Assembly: GCA_043228905.1 (NCBI GenBank)
Contig: JBHGNT010000007.1
Span: 5,704,001 to 5,768,000, forward strand
Length of the DNA: 64,000 nucleotides
Origin: Azolla caroliniana
Lineage: Eukaryota > Plantae > Polypodiophyta
Direction: 5' to 3'
How positions within the stretch are numbered: the stretch's first letter is position 1; every line of letters begins with the position of its first letter. Positions 1-11,641 of this stretch are shown one piece after another. The position numbers and the translations under genes are program-made. The notes beneath the pieces were generated by a model. That model made no database searches, was not told the origin of the DNA, and was given only the letters and a program-made list of their open reading frames with translations.

Positions 1-1382
1 CACAATAAGGATCTTAAAAAACCTTAATAACGAAGTTGAGATTTGACTTCTTATAAACATACTTTGAGAATGTGGCGTAAGAGCCCTTGGCTTATATTCC
101 TAATCAAACACAGTTAATTGGGAAATACAAGATACCCAATGATTCTTTTACGCGGCTCTAAATGATTTACCAACTTCCTTCAACATTTATAAAAGAAGGG
201 GCACACATTCTGTCTTTGTGGAAGAAGAATTGTAACTCGAGGGAATAGGTTGCCTATTCGTATATTATGGAAGAAAGATAAAAAATGGATATTGAACCCA
301 CATCCAAATGATGTTAACAATCTCTATGATTTATGGGTCTATGAGACTAAGCCCATTGATCGCCTTTTGTGGCATCCTTGTGGGTGGAAATGGCAAATCA
401 GATCAGCGCAAGGAATGTTAGGTAAACAGATCCCATTTTTTTAGTATTCGGTAAAAATGGGTAGAGGAATGCTAAGGAGAGGTGTGACTGTTACACCAAT
501 AGCTAGTAATTTTTGGAGATTTTGTAATGTAATAGATTCTTGGTTGAATGCTTATTGGAAATGGTTATGGGCCATGCAAATTCCTAAAAAGGTTGTGTTA
601 TTTATATGGTTGTTGACAAATTATGGCATTCATGTGAAGTCATGGATGCGAGGACATTGTCAGGATTTTAAAATGTGACAGTTATGGTTCTCCCATTGAA
701 TCGGTTTACCATGTTTTATGAATATGTCCTATTGCTGGAGCAGCTTGGAAAAGAATGTTGAGAATGTTATATCCTATTTATGGTAGGTAGGTGTACACAT
801 GGGGTTTTGTGAGATGGGGAAGATTGGCTAAAGAAATTCAAAACTATGAAAAGGAGTATGGTGATTTCTTTCTCCTCTCCGATGGAAGACATGTATTGGA
901 GGTCTTTGATATTACATCAGTCTGTTGTTTGGAAGAGGATATGGTCTGTTTGGTCTACGATATCTTTTCAAGTCATTTGGATATTGTGGAAGGCTAGATG
1001 TAATTGTGTATTTCAGAAAGTTAAACAGAATGCAGTTGAGTTAGTCAAAGAGGTATGGTTAATGCCGTACACATTTTAAGAGGTCAATATGATGCAATAA
1101 TTGGTGAGCCTGAGGTTGTGATTCGGAGACAACAACAATTTAGAGAAATTTGGAAAAACGATGAGGTCTTTGTCTCTTTTGGAGAAAGAATAAAGTGGAG
1201 ATATGCTCCACCAAGATGGCTTTTTCCACCCCCCATCTTGGAACAACCTTCATGAGGGCTTTTGATACTTGACATGCTGGTTGATGTGGATATGAGGGTT
1301 GTAACATATTGTATGAACTCATTGTAGCCTTTCGACATCTTTCCATTAATACCAAGGTGAACCTTCTTTCAAAAAAAAAAAA
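1..1382 (+). mobile_element. Degenerate L1-clade LINE 3' end (ORF2 C-terminal zf-RVT-like region) with poly(A) tail
   Basis: Frameshifted and stopped ORF pieces read WKWLWAMQIPKKVVLFIWLL, then a C..ES.YHVL..CP.A...W zinc-binding motif, IWILWKARCNCVF and terminal WRYAPPRWLFPPP. An A-run follows at about 1371-1382. Confidence 0.8.
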
Positions 1383-2623
1383 GAGCAATGGCAGAAGCTC
1401 CAACAAAAGCATTAAGAGCAAAAGGCTATGCCTCTAGACCTTTGTCCAATCTTGAATTCTTGAGGTTTATAATGGACATCTAAGTAACTTCCTAATCTTG
1501 CCAACCTCATTTGATTTGCTTCCTTTGCACAAAATTATCAATTGATCTAAATTAGTATAATTCTTGTTTGACTTTGGAAGTACTATATTCAATGTGTTAT
1601 AGGTCATCTATTTCAACTCCTAATGTACATTTTTTTCGTGAGCATTCTAGCTCCCAAGAAACAAAGATTCTTTAGTACTCTTATAAGAGTCTTGAGATGT
1701 TTTTTAGACAACTGCCACCTACGACACATAATGTTGTTCATTATGATGATCTCATACATGGTGTTATACATGTTTTTATTCCTTCGTATTAATCCAAACA
1801 TGAGAAGATTGACCCTCAATATGAGGATTGTTAAGAATGGATACATTCATTACACTATGGCATTCTAGAGTAAGTCAGTCCCATTAGACATGAGTATGAT
1901 GGACCATGGTGACTATGTATCAACTGTCACCGTTTGGATAAAGGCTTGGCATACCATCAAATTAGAATTTTTGGCAAATGATGTTTTGACATTAGTTACT
2001 TAGTCTGGGCATAGGAGTGATGGGTACAAATTCATCTTTCTCATATAGAGAAAGTGAAATTCTAGTATATCCTTTTTCACATTCAAAACTTTCTGCATTC
2101 CTTAGTTATATTGAATCATTCTAGAAATCTATTTGCAATAACTCACAATTGACTACGTTGTTTGGTAATTTCCTACAAGTCAACAAGACTTAATCTTACC
2201 TCAAAAACATCTGTCACAATCTCCTTCATCTAAATTTTCATATCCATTTGAGAGTAGGAAGTTTTCTTCTACTCATTATCCTTATTTAGTTCATGAATAA
2301 AACTATTTGAGACTTAGAATGCACAAGGATATAGGGAGATACTACCTTTATGGAAATCATTTTCGAGTAACTACGAACCAGTAGTCCTTTAAATATTATG
2401 TGTCCAATGGAACCTTGTGGGTTTTATGACCCAATGGGAACCCTCCACAATGATAACAGTCTGCTCAATTGTATTGAAAAGGTTTGTGTTCCAAATTTGT
2501 TTGAGGTCAAAAACATGATTTCGTTTTACACTCACAAACACATCTTGGAATACATCATAAACTTGACATTACTTATTAATGTGGCTAAATGTCACCATTG
2601 TCAAGTTATCAACAAGTTATGAC

Positions 2624-3170
2624 GCTATTATTGATACTAGTGAGAGGTTCATAGAGATGAAGTTGAAAGGATCTTATTTCTGTTTAGTTATGTTGAGTGC
2701 AAACAATTAGAAATGTAATGGTTAAAAACTACGAGGTAGTTTGAGCTGCTTCGGTTTAGTATGTTGAGTGTGGTGTTGAAAACTTCATTACTGGCCAGTT
2801 GGATGGACTGTCTCTAGAAAACTCATTCTTAAATTCCAACGAAAATATTGCAGGAATTGATTGTCTTCATGACATAATTAGAAACTTTGATCGTGTTCCT
2901 TCAAACTTTTTTAATTGTGTTTAGAGTAAAAACTAACCGTTTACTAAAAACACTCCATGGATGATTGATCAAATTGGATAGGTAACCTGATGAACTTTTT
3001 ATTTGTAATAAGACTCCTCACAAAGTCTTAATAGTTTTATGCAAGGCTTTAATTACCGTGATGTTCCCATGTGGAGAGTAGATTTTGAGTTGCAATCTCC
3101 TCAGTTGACTGCAATTCTGCTACACTTTTTCTTATGATAACCAAATTTGGCTCTTCATTGCACAGAATCT
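2624..3170 (+). repeat. Diverged inverted copy of two VMA12 intron segments
   Basis: 2624-3047 matches the reverse complement of about 17248-17792 with an internal deletion. About 3085-3170 matches the reverse complement of about 18488-18572. Confidence 0.85.
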
Positions 3171-3660
3171 TGAGAGCCCATTATCACATACTCTCTTCGA
3201 TCTTTATATAGGATATTGGGTGCTTGGGGATGATGCCTTATATATGTTTGATAACGTTGTGTTGATTTCCATCCCTTTTGAGAAATAACTAGGAAATCGA
3301 CATGCTTTAAAGTTCTTTTTTGCAGACAAAGGTTTATCCATAAACCATGATAGAATGTTGATTATTCAATACCTCCATGGTACCATGGTACATGTATACG
3401 GAAGTATACCAGAGGAGCAACGACAGTTGCATTCAATTGTATATATAATATTGCATCCAAAGTGACTCTATAAATGTATTTGAGTATGGAGAACCATCCA
3501 CAAACATTGGAACACAACATCTTTGAATTCCAAAGTGAAATGATGCCCTTTCAAATTAGACGAATCTGACATACTATTTACTTACTACAACATAATGAGA
3601 TGAATCAACACATTTGAGATGAAAATGAACATGTATTTCAAACACATGTAGTGGAGGATA

Positions 3661-3961
3661 GGTTGAAAAATGGGAGGAAATCATGTACAACAAATTATCT
3701 CAGCATGAAAAAGGCACAAAAAGATGATGAGAATAGACAATAATAAATCATGAGGCATGCATATGACATTATCTTGCATTATTACCTTGCATTTGTATTG
3801 TCATCTTGTTTTAATATATACCCTAATTTTTTTGGGTTGAAAAATGCACAACAAATTATCTCAGCACTAAATGATGATAAGAATAGCCAAGAATAAATCA
3901 CAAGGAGGCATGTATATTGCATTAACTTGCATTTGTATTCTCATATTGTTTTAATATATAC
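3661..3961. repeat. Diverged two-copy tandem duplication (about 130-175 bp)
   Basis: ggttgaaaaatg...acaacaaattatctcagca...gatgat(g/a)agaatag...ttgcatttgtatt...gttttaatatatac occurs at 3661-3821 and 3835-3961. Confidence 0.75.
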
Positions 3962-4581
3962 GCGACTTTTTTTCTCTTGATCTTTTCCTTCAATATTGTT
4001 TGCAATATATTTGTTCCCTCAATTTCTTTTACATTTACATACATGGATTTGCATGTGCATGTTGTAAGCTAATGTGAGCCTTCCTCTTTCTTCTTTATTT
4101 TTTGATAGGTTTGATACATGGATTTGATCTAATATGTTGCTAATGCGAGTTTACAATGTTTAGAAAAGTGAATTTTGTTGACAAAGTTAGTAAACGTTTT
4201 TTGAAATATATTTATTTGGATCCAAAATTTTGCAATTTATTTGATTTGGTAATATGCTAAAAATAATAATTTAACATGTTCTGGTTGACATTATCGATTG
4301 TAGGAAAGTGGCTGGTTAAAGTTTTTAAATTCTGGTTAAGATCATAAGGAGTAGGAAAATTTCCGCTAGGGGCTACTAGGTAGAGACATTGCCCAACACT
4401 ACGTATAATCCCCCTCTTTTTATAGCCCACCGCCACTTTATTACTTATAATACACATACTTATATAACCCCCCCATAGCCAACCTCCACTTCTTACTTAT
4501 CAATCCTTTCCCAATCACTATTCCCCTCTTCGCTCTCCCCTCAGTAACTCTTATTCTCTCTCTCTCTCTTTTTATCGTAAT

Positions 4582-4641
4582 TAGCTTACCCTAGTGGTAA
4601 GTCGATAACACTACAAGCATTGTGTCTTGGGTTCGAAACCC
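4582..4641 (+). mobile_element. tRNA-derived SINE-like head (degenerate)
   Basis: A-box-like TAGCTTACCCTAGTGGTAAG and B-box GGTTCGAAACC, with no complete cloverleaf. Confidence 0.45.
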
Positions 4642-4699
4642 AATTTCCTCACCTCTCTATTATATACTTCATATCTCTATTTCACTAGATGCCACTGTG

Positions 4700-4766
4700 A
4701 AATGTAAGGGTTGAACCCATGACCACCTGGTCTCCATTGGGCAACCTTACCAACTGAGCTACATCC
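4700..4766 (-). mobile_element. tRNA-derived SINE-like head or tRNA pseudogene
   Basis: The minus strand reads GGATGTAGCTCAGTTGGTAAGG...GGTCATGGGTTCAACCCTTACATTT. It has an A box, a B box and an acceptor-like stem, but the anticodon arm does not pair well. Confidence 0.55.
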
Positions 4767-4773
4767 ATCTGGG

Positions 4774-4780
<7 letters not shown>

Positions 4781-4849
<69 letters not shown>

Positions 4850-4858
4850 GTATGTATA
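4781..4858. repeat. Compound microsatellite (TC)n(TA)n(TGTA)n
   Basis: Seen directly in the sequence. Confidence 0.95.
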
Positions 4859-5353
4859 GGAATGGGCTATTTGCCCCCCTAAAAAAAAAGAAAAAAAAAA
4901 CTTTTTGGCCCCCTAAAAAAGAGAAAAACTTTTTGGCCACCCTATTTTGGCTTGATATTTTCCCCCACAGTAGCACTTGAAAGTGACTTTTCTATTGTCA
5001 CTATGCTTATCCACCACAACAATTATATTTTGAGCACGGAAATGGTCCTTGATAAAACTGATTAGAGCCCCTCTCTCACTGAAGGTTCTATTGATAATTG
5101 AAGCCGAAGACAGTTGGGGAGACATGTTGTGAAGCCAAAATGGGGGGCAAAATAGCCAAAATGTTGAGAAGTACCAGAAATTTGGGGGGCAAAATAACCA
5201 AAATGTTGAGGACTACCAGAAATTTGGGGGCCAAAATAGCCAAATTGTTGAGAACGACCAAAAAATTGAGGGGCAAAATAGCCAAAATGTTGAGAACTAC
5301 TAGAAATTTGGGGGGGGCAAATAGCAAAAATGGGGGGGCAAATAGCCCATTCC
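4859..5353. mobile_element. Non-autonomous TIR DNA transposon (MITE, probably Mutator-derived) inserted in a (TA)n tract
   Basis: 21-bp perfect TIRs GGAATGGGCTATTTGCCCCCC / GGGGGGCAAATAGCCCATTCC with TA repeats on both flanks. Four 42-bp internal tandem units at 5142-5309. A minus-strand fragment TFSERGALISFIKDHFRAQNIIVVVDKHSDNRKVTFKCYCGGKY resembles the N-terminal WRKY-GCM1/FAR1-type DNA-binding region of MULE transposases. Confidence 0.85.
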
Positions 5354-5354
5354 T

Positions 5355-5390
<36 letters not shown>

Positions 5391-6001
5391 CACTCATATT
5401 GTAAATGACCTTGGAAGTTGGCATTGTTGAGGTCTACCTAGAGCGAAACTAGTTTGCACGAGGTCTTTCTAATGAAAATTGCTTGAGCCATTTTCTAACT
5501 CGCTCTTCTCTTCTCCTTTCATCCGATTCTCTCCTTCTCTTTTACACTTGTTCACCTCTACTCTTACTCACCTTAGTTTCACGTTTACGCCATTTCTTTA
5601 TTTCTTTTCTTACTCGTCGAACATCATCTCAATCGTCGTGCTAGTTCGCTTGCGCTCCTTGTCACGACCCGTCGGTCACTACAAGAAAACGTTTCCTTGG
5701 CATATACATACTACAATGGTACCCTTGTTGGGGGGTGGGGGGTAATCTTGAGAAATATGCAAAACATGAAAGCTTTAGAAAGAAAGAAAGAAAGATATAT
5801 TAACGTCTTCTAAGGCCAAAATTAGAGTATTATGTAATTGGGGGAGGGGTATCTTCGGAAAAATATGGAAAACTTCTCTGTCTCTGTCTCTGTCTCTCTG
5901 TCTCTGTGTTTTCAGGAACAAAAGCCTGACAGAACAGACCAGCGCAGATCTCTCTTCTTTCTTCGATCTTCGGTTTTCTCTTTCTTTTTCTTTTTGCAGT
6001 C

Positions 6002-8235
6002 ATGGAGGTGGAAGCCAGAGCTCCAGGTAAAGTAATCCTCACCGGGGAGCACGCTGTCGTCCATGGATATGCTGCCGTCGCTGCATCCCTTGCTCTGCAC
6101 ACTCGATGCCACATCAAGCGGAATGCCTTCAACTCCTCAGGTTTCTTTTCTTTCGCGATCTTCATTTCAGTTATTCTTCTTCGTTACCATCATCATCGTT
6201 AACATCAAGCTTTTCCTTTTCCTTTTCCTCTTTCTTTTCACCATCTCTTAACATCATTTTCATCTCATTGAAATGCGTTGTAACCTCAGGTTTCTTTTCT
6301 TTCGCGATCTTCATTTCAGTTATTCTTCTTCGTTACCATCATCATCGTTAACATCAAGCTTTTCCTTTTCCTTTTCCTCTTTCTTTTCACCATCTCTTAA
6401 CATCATTTTCATCTCATTGAAATGCGTTGTAATAATCGTCAAGATTTTCGTTCTTTTTTTCACGTAATAATAATCTTCTTCATAATCATCACATCCTTAA
6501 TATCATATTCATCTCATAAGCCTTCTTCGTGCCTTCTTCTGATTTCAGCTTTTTCTCTGTAATAAGCCTGCTTTATAATTTTCAGTTAATAGTTTCTGTT
6601 TTGTCTTAATCTAACGAGAAAACTTGATCCTATCCAAACTTCCGATCCTAACCAGTATTTTTTCCAAAGATGATGGGATTAGCTTGAACTTGCTGGATTT
6701 GAACCTAAATTTACATTGGTCACTGGAAGAAATTAAAGACCTGGCAGCAGTTATGCAGTCTCATGCATCAATTCCAAATGCAAATTCTGAAAATATCATT
6801 TCCAAGCTAAAATGCCTTGTGGATGAGAAGCTCCTACCTGAAGCGAAGATTGGAACCGCGTCTGGTGTCATGGCATTCTTATTTATGTATAGTTCCATTA
6901 TAGGGTGAGTCTTTGTTACAATGTTGGTTTAATTCCATTCATAGGAAATGATCCCATATTCATGTACTTTCTCACTGGATGTATATGTTTAGTTTATTTC
7001 CTTCTGCAGTAACCATATCCTCCAATCTTCCGATCGGCGCAGGGCTTGGATCTTCTGCTTCTTTTTGTGTTTCATTGGCAGCTGCAATGCTCAGTATGGC
7101 AAAACTTTATGCTAATGGTGAGGGAGATAGCATTGATGACATTACTGATAGTGTGCATAAGTCACTAAACATAGATGAGGACAATCTAGAGCTCATCAAC
7201 AAGTGGGCATTTGAAGGCGAGAAGATCATACATGGTAGACCTTCAGGAATCGATAATAATGTCAGCACTTTTGGTTAGTCCATTTCCTATTTGTGTAGTA
7301 CTAAAATCTCACTAAAGTAAACCTGGATTACGTATACACATGTATGCCTGGTTAGAGACTCTTGAGGAAGAGAGAGATTAGTGATCCAGAGCTTAGTACT
7401 AGGTAGGGTGCGACTCTAATATGAAAAGAAAATGTCATATTATTAATCCTCTAAAGAGGCAATCTATTTTGTCAAGACGTTATTGAAGTGTTTTTAGGAA
7501 AGTCACATGTTATTTATAGACTACTCCTAAGGAATATATTTAGGGACTAGCTAATTCCTCCACGTAATGACTTGTTCAGGCTATATTGTCAAACTCAAGA
7601 ATGGTAACTTGACACGCCTTCAAAAGAGCATACCACTCAAAATATTACTTACAAACACTAAAGTTGGAAGAAACACAAAAGCTTTGGTTGCCGGAGTTGG
7701 AGAACGTGCTATTCGGCATCCAAAACCTATGACTTCAGTATTCGAAGCTATTGATGCTGTAACTGTAGAAGCAATAGGAATCCTACAATCAATTTCTGAA
7801 TGGGAAACAAATAGATGTGATCAAGAAGGAAAGTTGGAGGAACTCGTGGAGATTAATCAAGGTTTACTCCAATCAATTGGAGTGAGCCATCCATCAATTG
7901 ATGCTATTTGCAAAACAACATTGAAATACCAGCTTCGATCCAAACTTACTGGTGCCGGTGGTGGTGGATGTGTTTTGACTATCATACCTGATCGTATCCT
8001 CTGAGAAAAAAAACATTGTTATTATCATTTTTCCCTCAGTTTGTGGATTTCATGAATTTGAAAATGTATGTAGACTGTAGATATTATCATTATCATACCG
8101 TAACAAATTCCCTTAGAGATAACTTCTAAAACCTTGAATAAGATCAAGTTTGATCTTGAAGCGCAAGGTTTTGATTGTTTTGAGGCTGCTATTGGAGGAC
8201 CAGGGGTGCAAGTGACTGCTGGGTTCTCACAATAA
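6002..8235 (+). CDS. MVK: Mevalonate kinase (GHMP kinase), 5 exons, 395 aa
   Basis: Exons 6002-6140, 6670-6904, 6993-7273, 7580-7993 and 8117-8235 join in frame (1188 nt, all GT-AG). Motifs: MEVEARAPGKVILTGEHAVVHG, LPIGAGLGSSA, EKIIHGRPSGIDN, SKLTGAGGGGC and C-terminal GFDCFEAAIGGPG. Confidence 0.96.
6135..6432 (+). repeat. Apparently exact 149-bp tandem duplication spanning the MVK exon 1 donor site
   Basis: 6135-6283 and 6284-6432 both start CCTCAG|GTTTCTTTTCTTTCGCG and end AAATGCGTTGTAA. Confidence 0.92.
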
Positions 8236-8909
8236 CTTTTTATTTGTAAGTGTGAGTCCTTCGATATTGTTTTTAGGCATATTGATACATGCTACTCATT
8301 CATAGCAGTGTGCTAGCTTAAAAGAGAAATGTGAGTTTATTTATTTGAGTCTTTCATGTATCGATTGCTTGTTGTATGCTCCACCAGTATGGAACCAAAA
8401 CTTGTAAAGCCAAATAATTGCTCATTCAATTGTTTCCTGTTTCTTCTTTATATTTTAGTTTTTTTTATTTTATCTAGTTATTTTGCTTTTATATAGTTTT
8501 CTCAACCTCTAAAATCTTATGAAGAACTTCCTCTGATTGTAAACCTATATTCGAGTTACTGACACCAGTCTAATCTAACTTTTTGCGGCTCTTTCCAATG
8601 AACAGAGATGCAAATAGAAGACATATCCGAGGGAAACTTCACAAACTAGTAGTCAATGAGGTGATAATGTCATTTATCAATATGCCACTGATTACTATCA
8701 ATGTGGTCATTCCATGATCTCTCGAAGATTCCTGTAGCACGATCAGGATGTGGTGCCGAGAATTACAGGAGAGCAGAAACTGAAGCTGTGACTACAACAA
8801 TAATGAGATATTCCAGAGCACCGGCTTGCATTGAATCTTAACCAATTATGCCATGGTTGAATGTTTTTATCCATTCACTATGTACACATGAAACAAATTT
8901 GTACTATTG

Positions 8910-9067
8910 AAAGTGCCATATGCATTGATGGGTTTCTAGTTCAGATTCCAGAATGGTATCGATAGCTGTAGCAGTCTTTCCAATTTGTGGGAAAGTGCCA
9001 TATGCATTATTGATTGGTTTCTCGTTCAGAATGGTATTGATAGCTGTAGCAGTCTTTCCAATTTGTG
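8910..9067. repeat. About 80-bp two-copy tandem duplication downstream of MVK
   Basis: aaagtgccatatgcatt...ggtttct...agaatggtat...gatagctgtagcagtctttccaatttgtg occurs twice. Confidence 0.8.
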
Positions 9068-11249
9068 TGTCGTTAATTATCAGTTCCTGTTGACCACAAC
9101 CTCTAGGGACATCTGCATTTGAATATTGTGATTCTTATGCACGCATTAAGGTATGAACTCTCTTTGGAGGCTTTTCCCAATGTTCAGAAAATGTACTATA
9201 ATTTATTCAAATTCCTGTTGAATGTTGAATGTTGTCATCTATAATTGTTTTACGCATAGAAGGTACCATAATTTGCGCAAATTCCCACCAATTGTTTAAA
9301 ATTGCAATCAACAAATATTTTAAAGGTAACTGAATGTGAATGGCATTCCTACCATCATTATTTGCCCGTGTGAACTGATGTATTTGAACAGAACTATTCA
9401 TTTCCACGCACATGGTTTGTGTTCCCATAGAACTCTTGAGTAAACTTGCTTTTACATAAGTCTAAAGAACTTCAAAAGTGTCGTTTGGAACCAAACATGA
9501 TGAATTATGTTAACCATGAGTAACGGTTAAAACCAAGGAAAGTAAATTACTTCTCAGGTGGATGTATACTTTAAGTTTTAAACCAAGTTTTTGATTTGCT
9601 GTATATATATATATGTATATCTATATTTGACTATTGTGGGAATTTGGGAAGAGTATCAGATTATTCTGGGTTTAAACAAGTGAAGATATATTGGAGGAAA
9701 AATAGTGCATAGTTATTGATAACATAGGTGTATGATGTAAGTGCTCTCTGTCCCCTCTCTCTTTCCATTAATTAGTCAGCAGTTGCTTTGCTGTGATATA
9801 CTGCTGTTAATCCATCTCATTCAACTAGAACTGGTCTCCCATGTATGCATGCTAGTATCTCTGATCTTTCATGCAAGGCTCTTGGTCTTTATTGGTATAT
9901 ACAACGTAAATTCTGATACTTAAGAAGCTATATTCTGGCATCACAATTAGGTTTTCGTTACTCTGGGCTTATGTAGGCGAACGACCATCAACGCTAAATT
10001 CTTCGCGGCTACTATAGTATCTCTGTATATGCAAGTATATGCTGCTTCATTGTTTTCCTTCTCTGATTTTCCTAGTGAGATCTTAGCTTATTGACTAATT
10101 TAGATTATTAGGATGAGACAAAGTTCTAACTACCTAATTGACAAAGAATCTTTAACTATTAGGATCATCGCGAGCTTATATGGGGAGGAAATATGCGTCT
10201 ATGTTCTTCACTTTCGCTACATACTTATGGACTCTCATACTAGGCCCTCTAGTTTGATATTTGAGGAACATCACCCATGATCTACCTTTACACATGTGAC
10301 GAGAAATGGATGTCACTTAAAATGCTCAACCTTTTTTCATCATCTTTAAAGGCACTACATTTTGATTCAAATATGTACGTGGCAACTTTGTCCACATGTT
10401 TCAGTAGACTTTTTATGCACGTACCCCGATTATGATTGGCAAGAATGTTAATGCTTAAGTATTTGAAATATCTCATAAATTTGGTTATTTCATCCATCTA
10501 AAGCATGAACAAACACATGATTGCTTGGCCGTGACTATCATTTATGTATTTTTGTCAACATATTTCAAAAAAAGGTCTATACATGTGCCCCAATTATGAT
10601 TGTTGAGAACTTTAAATGCTTAATTGTTTGATAGATCTGACAATATTTGTAGCTTCGTCCTTATAAATCACGAATAAACATATAATTGCTAAGCTAACCT
10701 CATTACAAAAAAACTTTTTAAGTGTTCTATGCTTTGGCCATTTAAAGCATGAAACCTTGCTTTACCATGGCATATGTGGTTTTTAACACACCATTTGCTC
10801 ATATATCGATGCTACAATAAATTTGTATTTGTTAGGATACAAAACATACACAATGTTCTTCAAGTACTCCTTAACGTACTATATCAAAAGATTTTTGAAA
10901 TACATAAAGAAATAACAAAGAATTTCTTTCCTTATGACCTAGAGGATAATGAAATGGTATGTTGTGGATTGTTTATGTTGCAAGGCCGCTTGCCCAATGA
11001 ATATTTTTGTGCATTGGTTAACTACTCAATGTTTTCTTTCAATATCATATTGTTTGGTATTTGTAAAGGCATCGGTTAAGTGAGGTTTGTTAAAAACTTG
11101 ATGCTAGTTAGAATTCGGCACAACAAAATGTTATAATTGGGTGTTTGGAATTGTTTGTGTTGTAAAATTAGATCTTGTGACCGACCTTCCTTTACATGAT
11201 ATGCAAGAAGATCCAAGCAAAGAAGACAAACTTGCAGGTAAAGATGTTT

Positions 11250-11641
11250 CATGGGGCTCATTTATAATGAAGTATGTTAAGTTTAGGGTGTGACCAGGGC
11301 ATGTTCCACTGTATGGAGCGAATGCCTGCCATATGCATGGGGGTATGTTCCCAAATGGCTGACATGTGCTGATAAATCCAAAGCATTTGGTAACATGAGC
11401 GCCATAGACATGGCCAGAGAGGCACATGCTCCCATTGCTTGCAGGAGGGTTTGAGATTGAACCTCGTGTTGTGTTGCAAATGCATGGGTTCATTGATCTG
11501 TACAGTGCGCCTCGCTTTTTGCCTCGTGCTACATCGTTGACGTATGGCTTCGATCGGATAGTGTTGGCTTTGTGGAATATGCTGATTTCCGGATATGGCT
11601 TCCATGAGTTTGTTTGGGAGGCCCTCTGCTGATCGAAGGAA
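11250..11641 (+). pseudogene. Decayed N-terminal PPR motifs of the downstream PPR gene
   Basis: KAFGNMSAIDMAREAHA (L-type motif, different frame), then GFEIEPRV...LWNMLISGYGFHEFVWEALC*SKEMRCKGV with TGA at 11630-11632 in the same frame as ORF 11642. The left boundary is approximate. Confidence 0.75.

Noticed and set aside
1400-2600. Possible retrotransposon gag remnant on the minus strand
   Set aside because: The similarity is too faint to support by eye.
4700-4766. Functional tRNA gene
   Set aside because: The anticodon stem cannot be formed convincingly, so it is treated as SINE-like or pseudo-tRNA.
5142-5309. 42-bp direct repeats as a CRISPR-like array
   Set aside because: The units are contiguous with no unique spacers, lie inside a TIR element, and there are no cas genes in this eukaryotic context.
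5088-5430. ORFs 5098-5430 (+) and 5088-5393 (-) as genes
   Set aside because: They are translations of the 42-bp repeat and the TA microsatellite.
11630-11632. In-frame stops in the PPR genes being repaired by U-to-C RNA editing
   Set aside because: Reverse editing in ferns is known for organellar transcripts. These loci are nuclear and also carry frameshifts or other decay.
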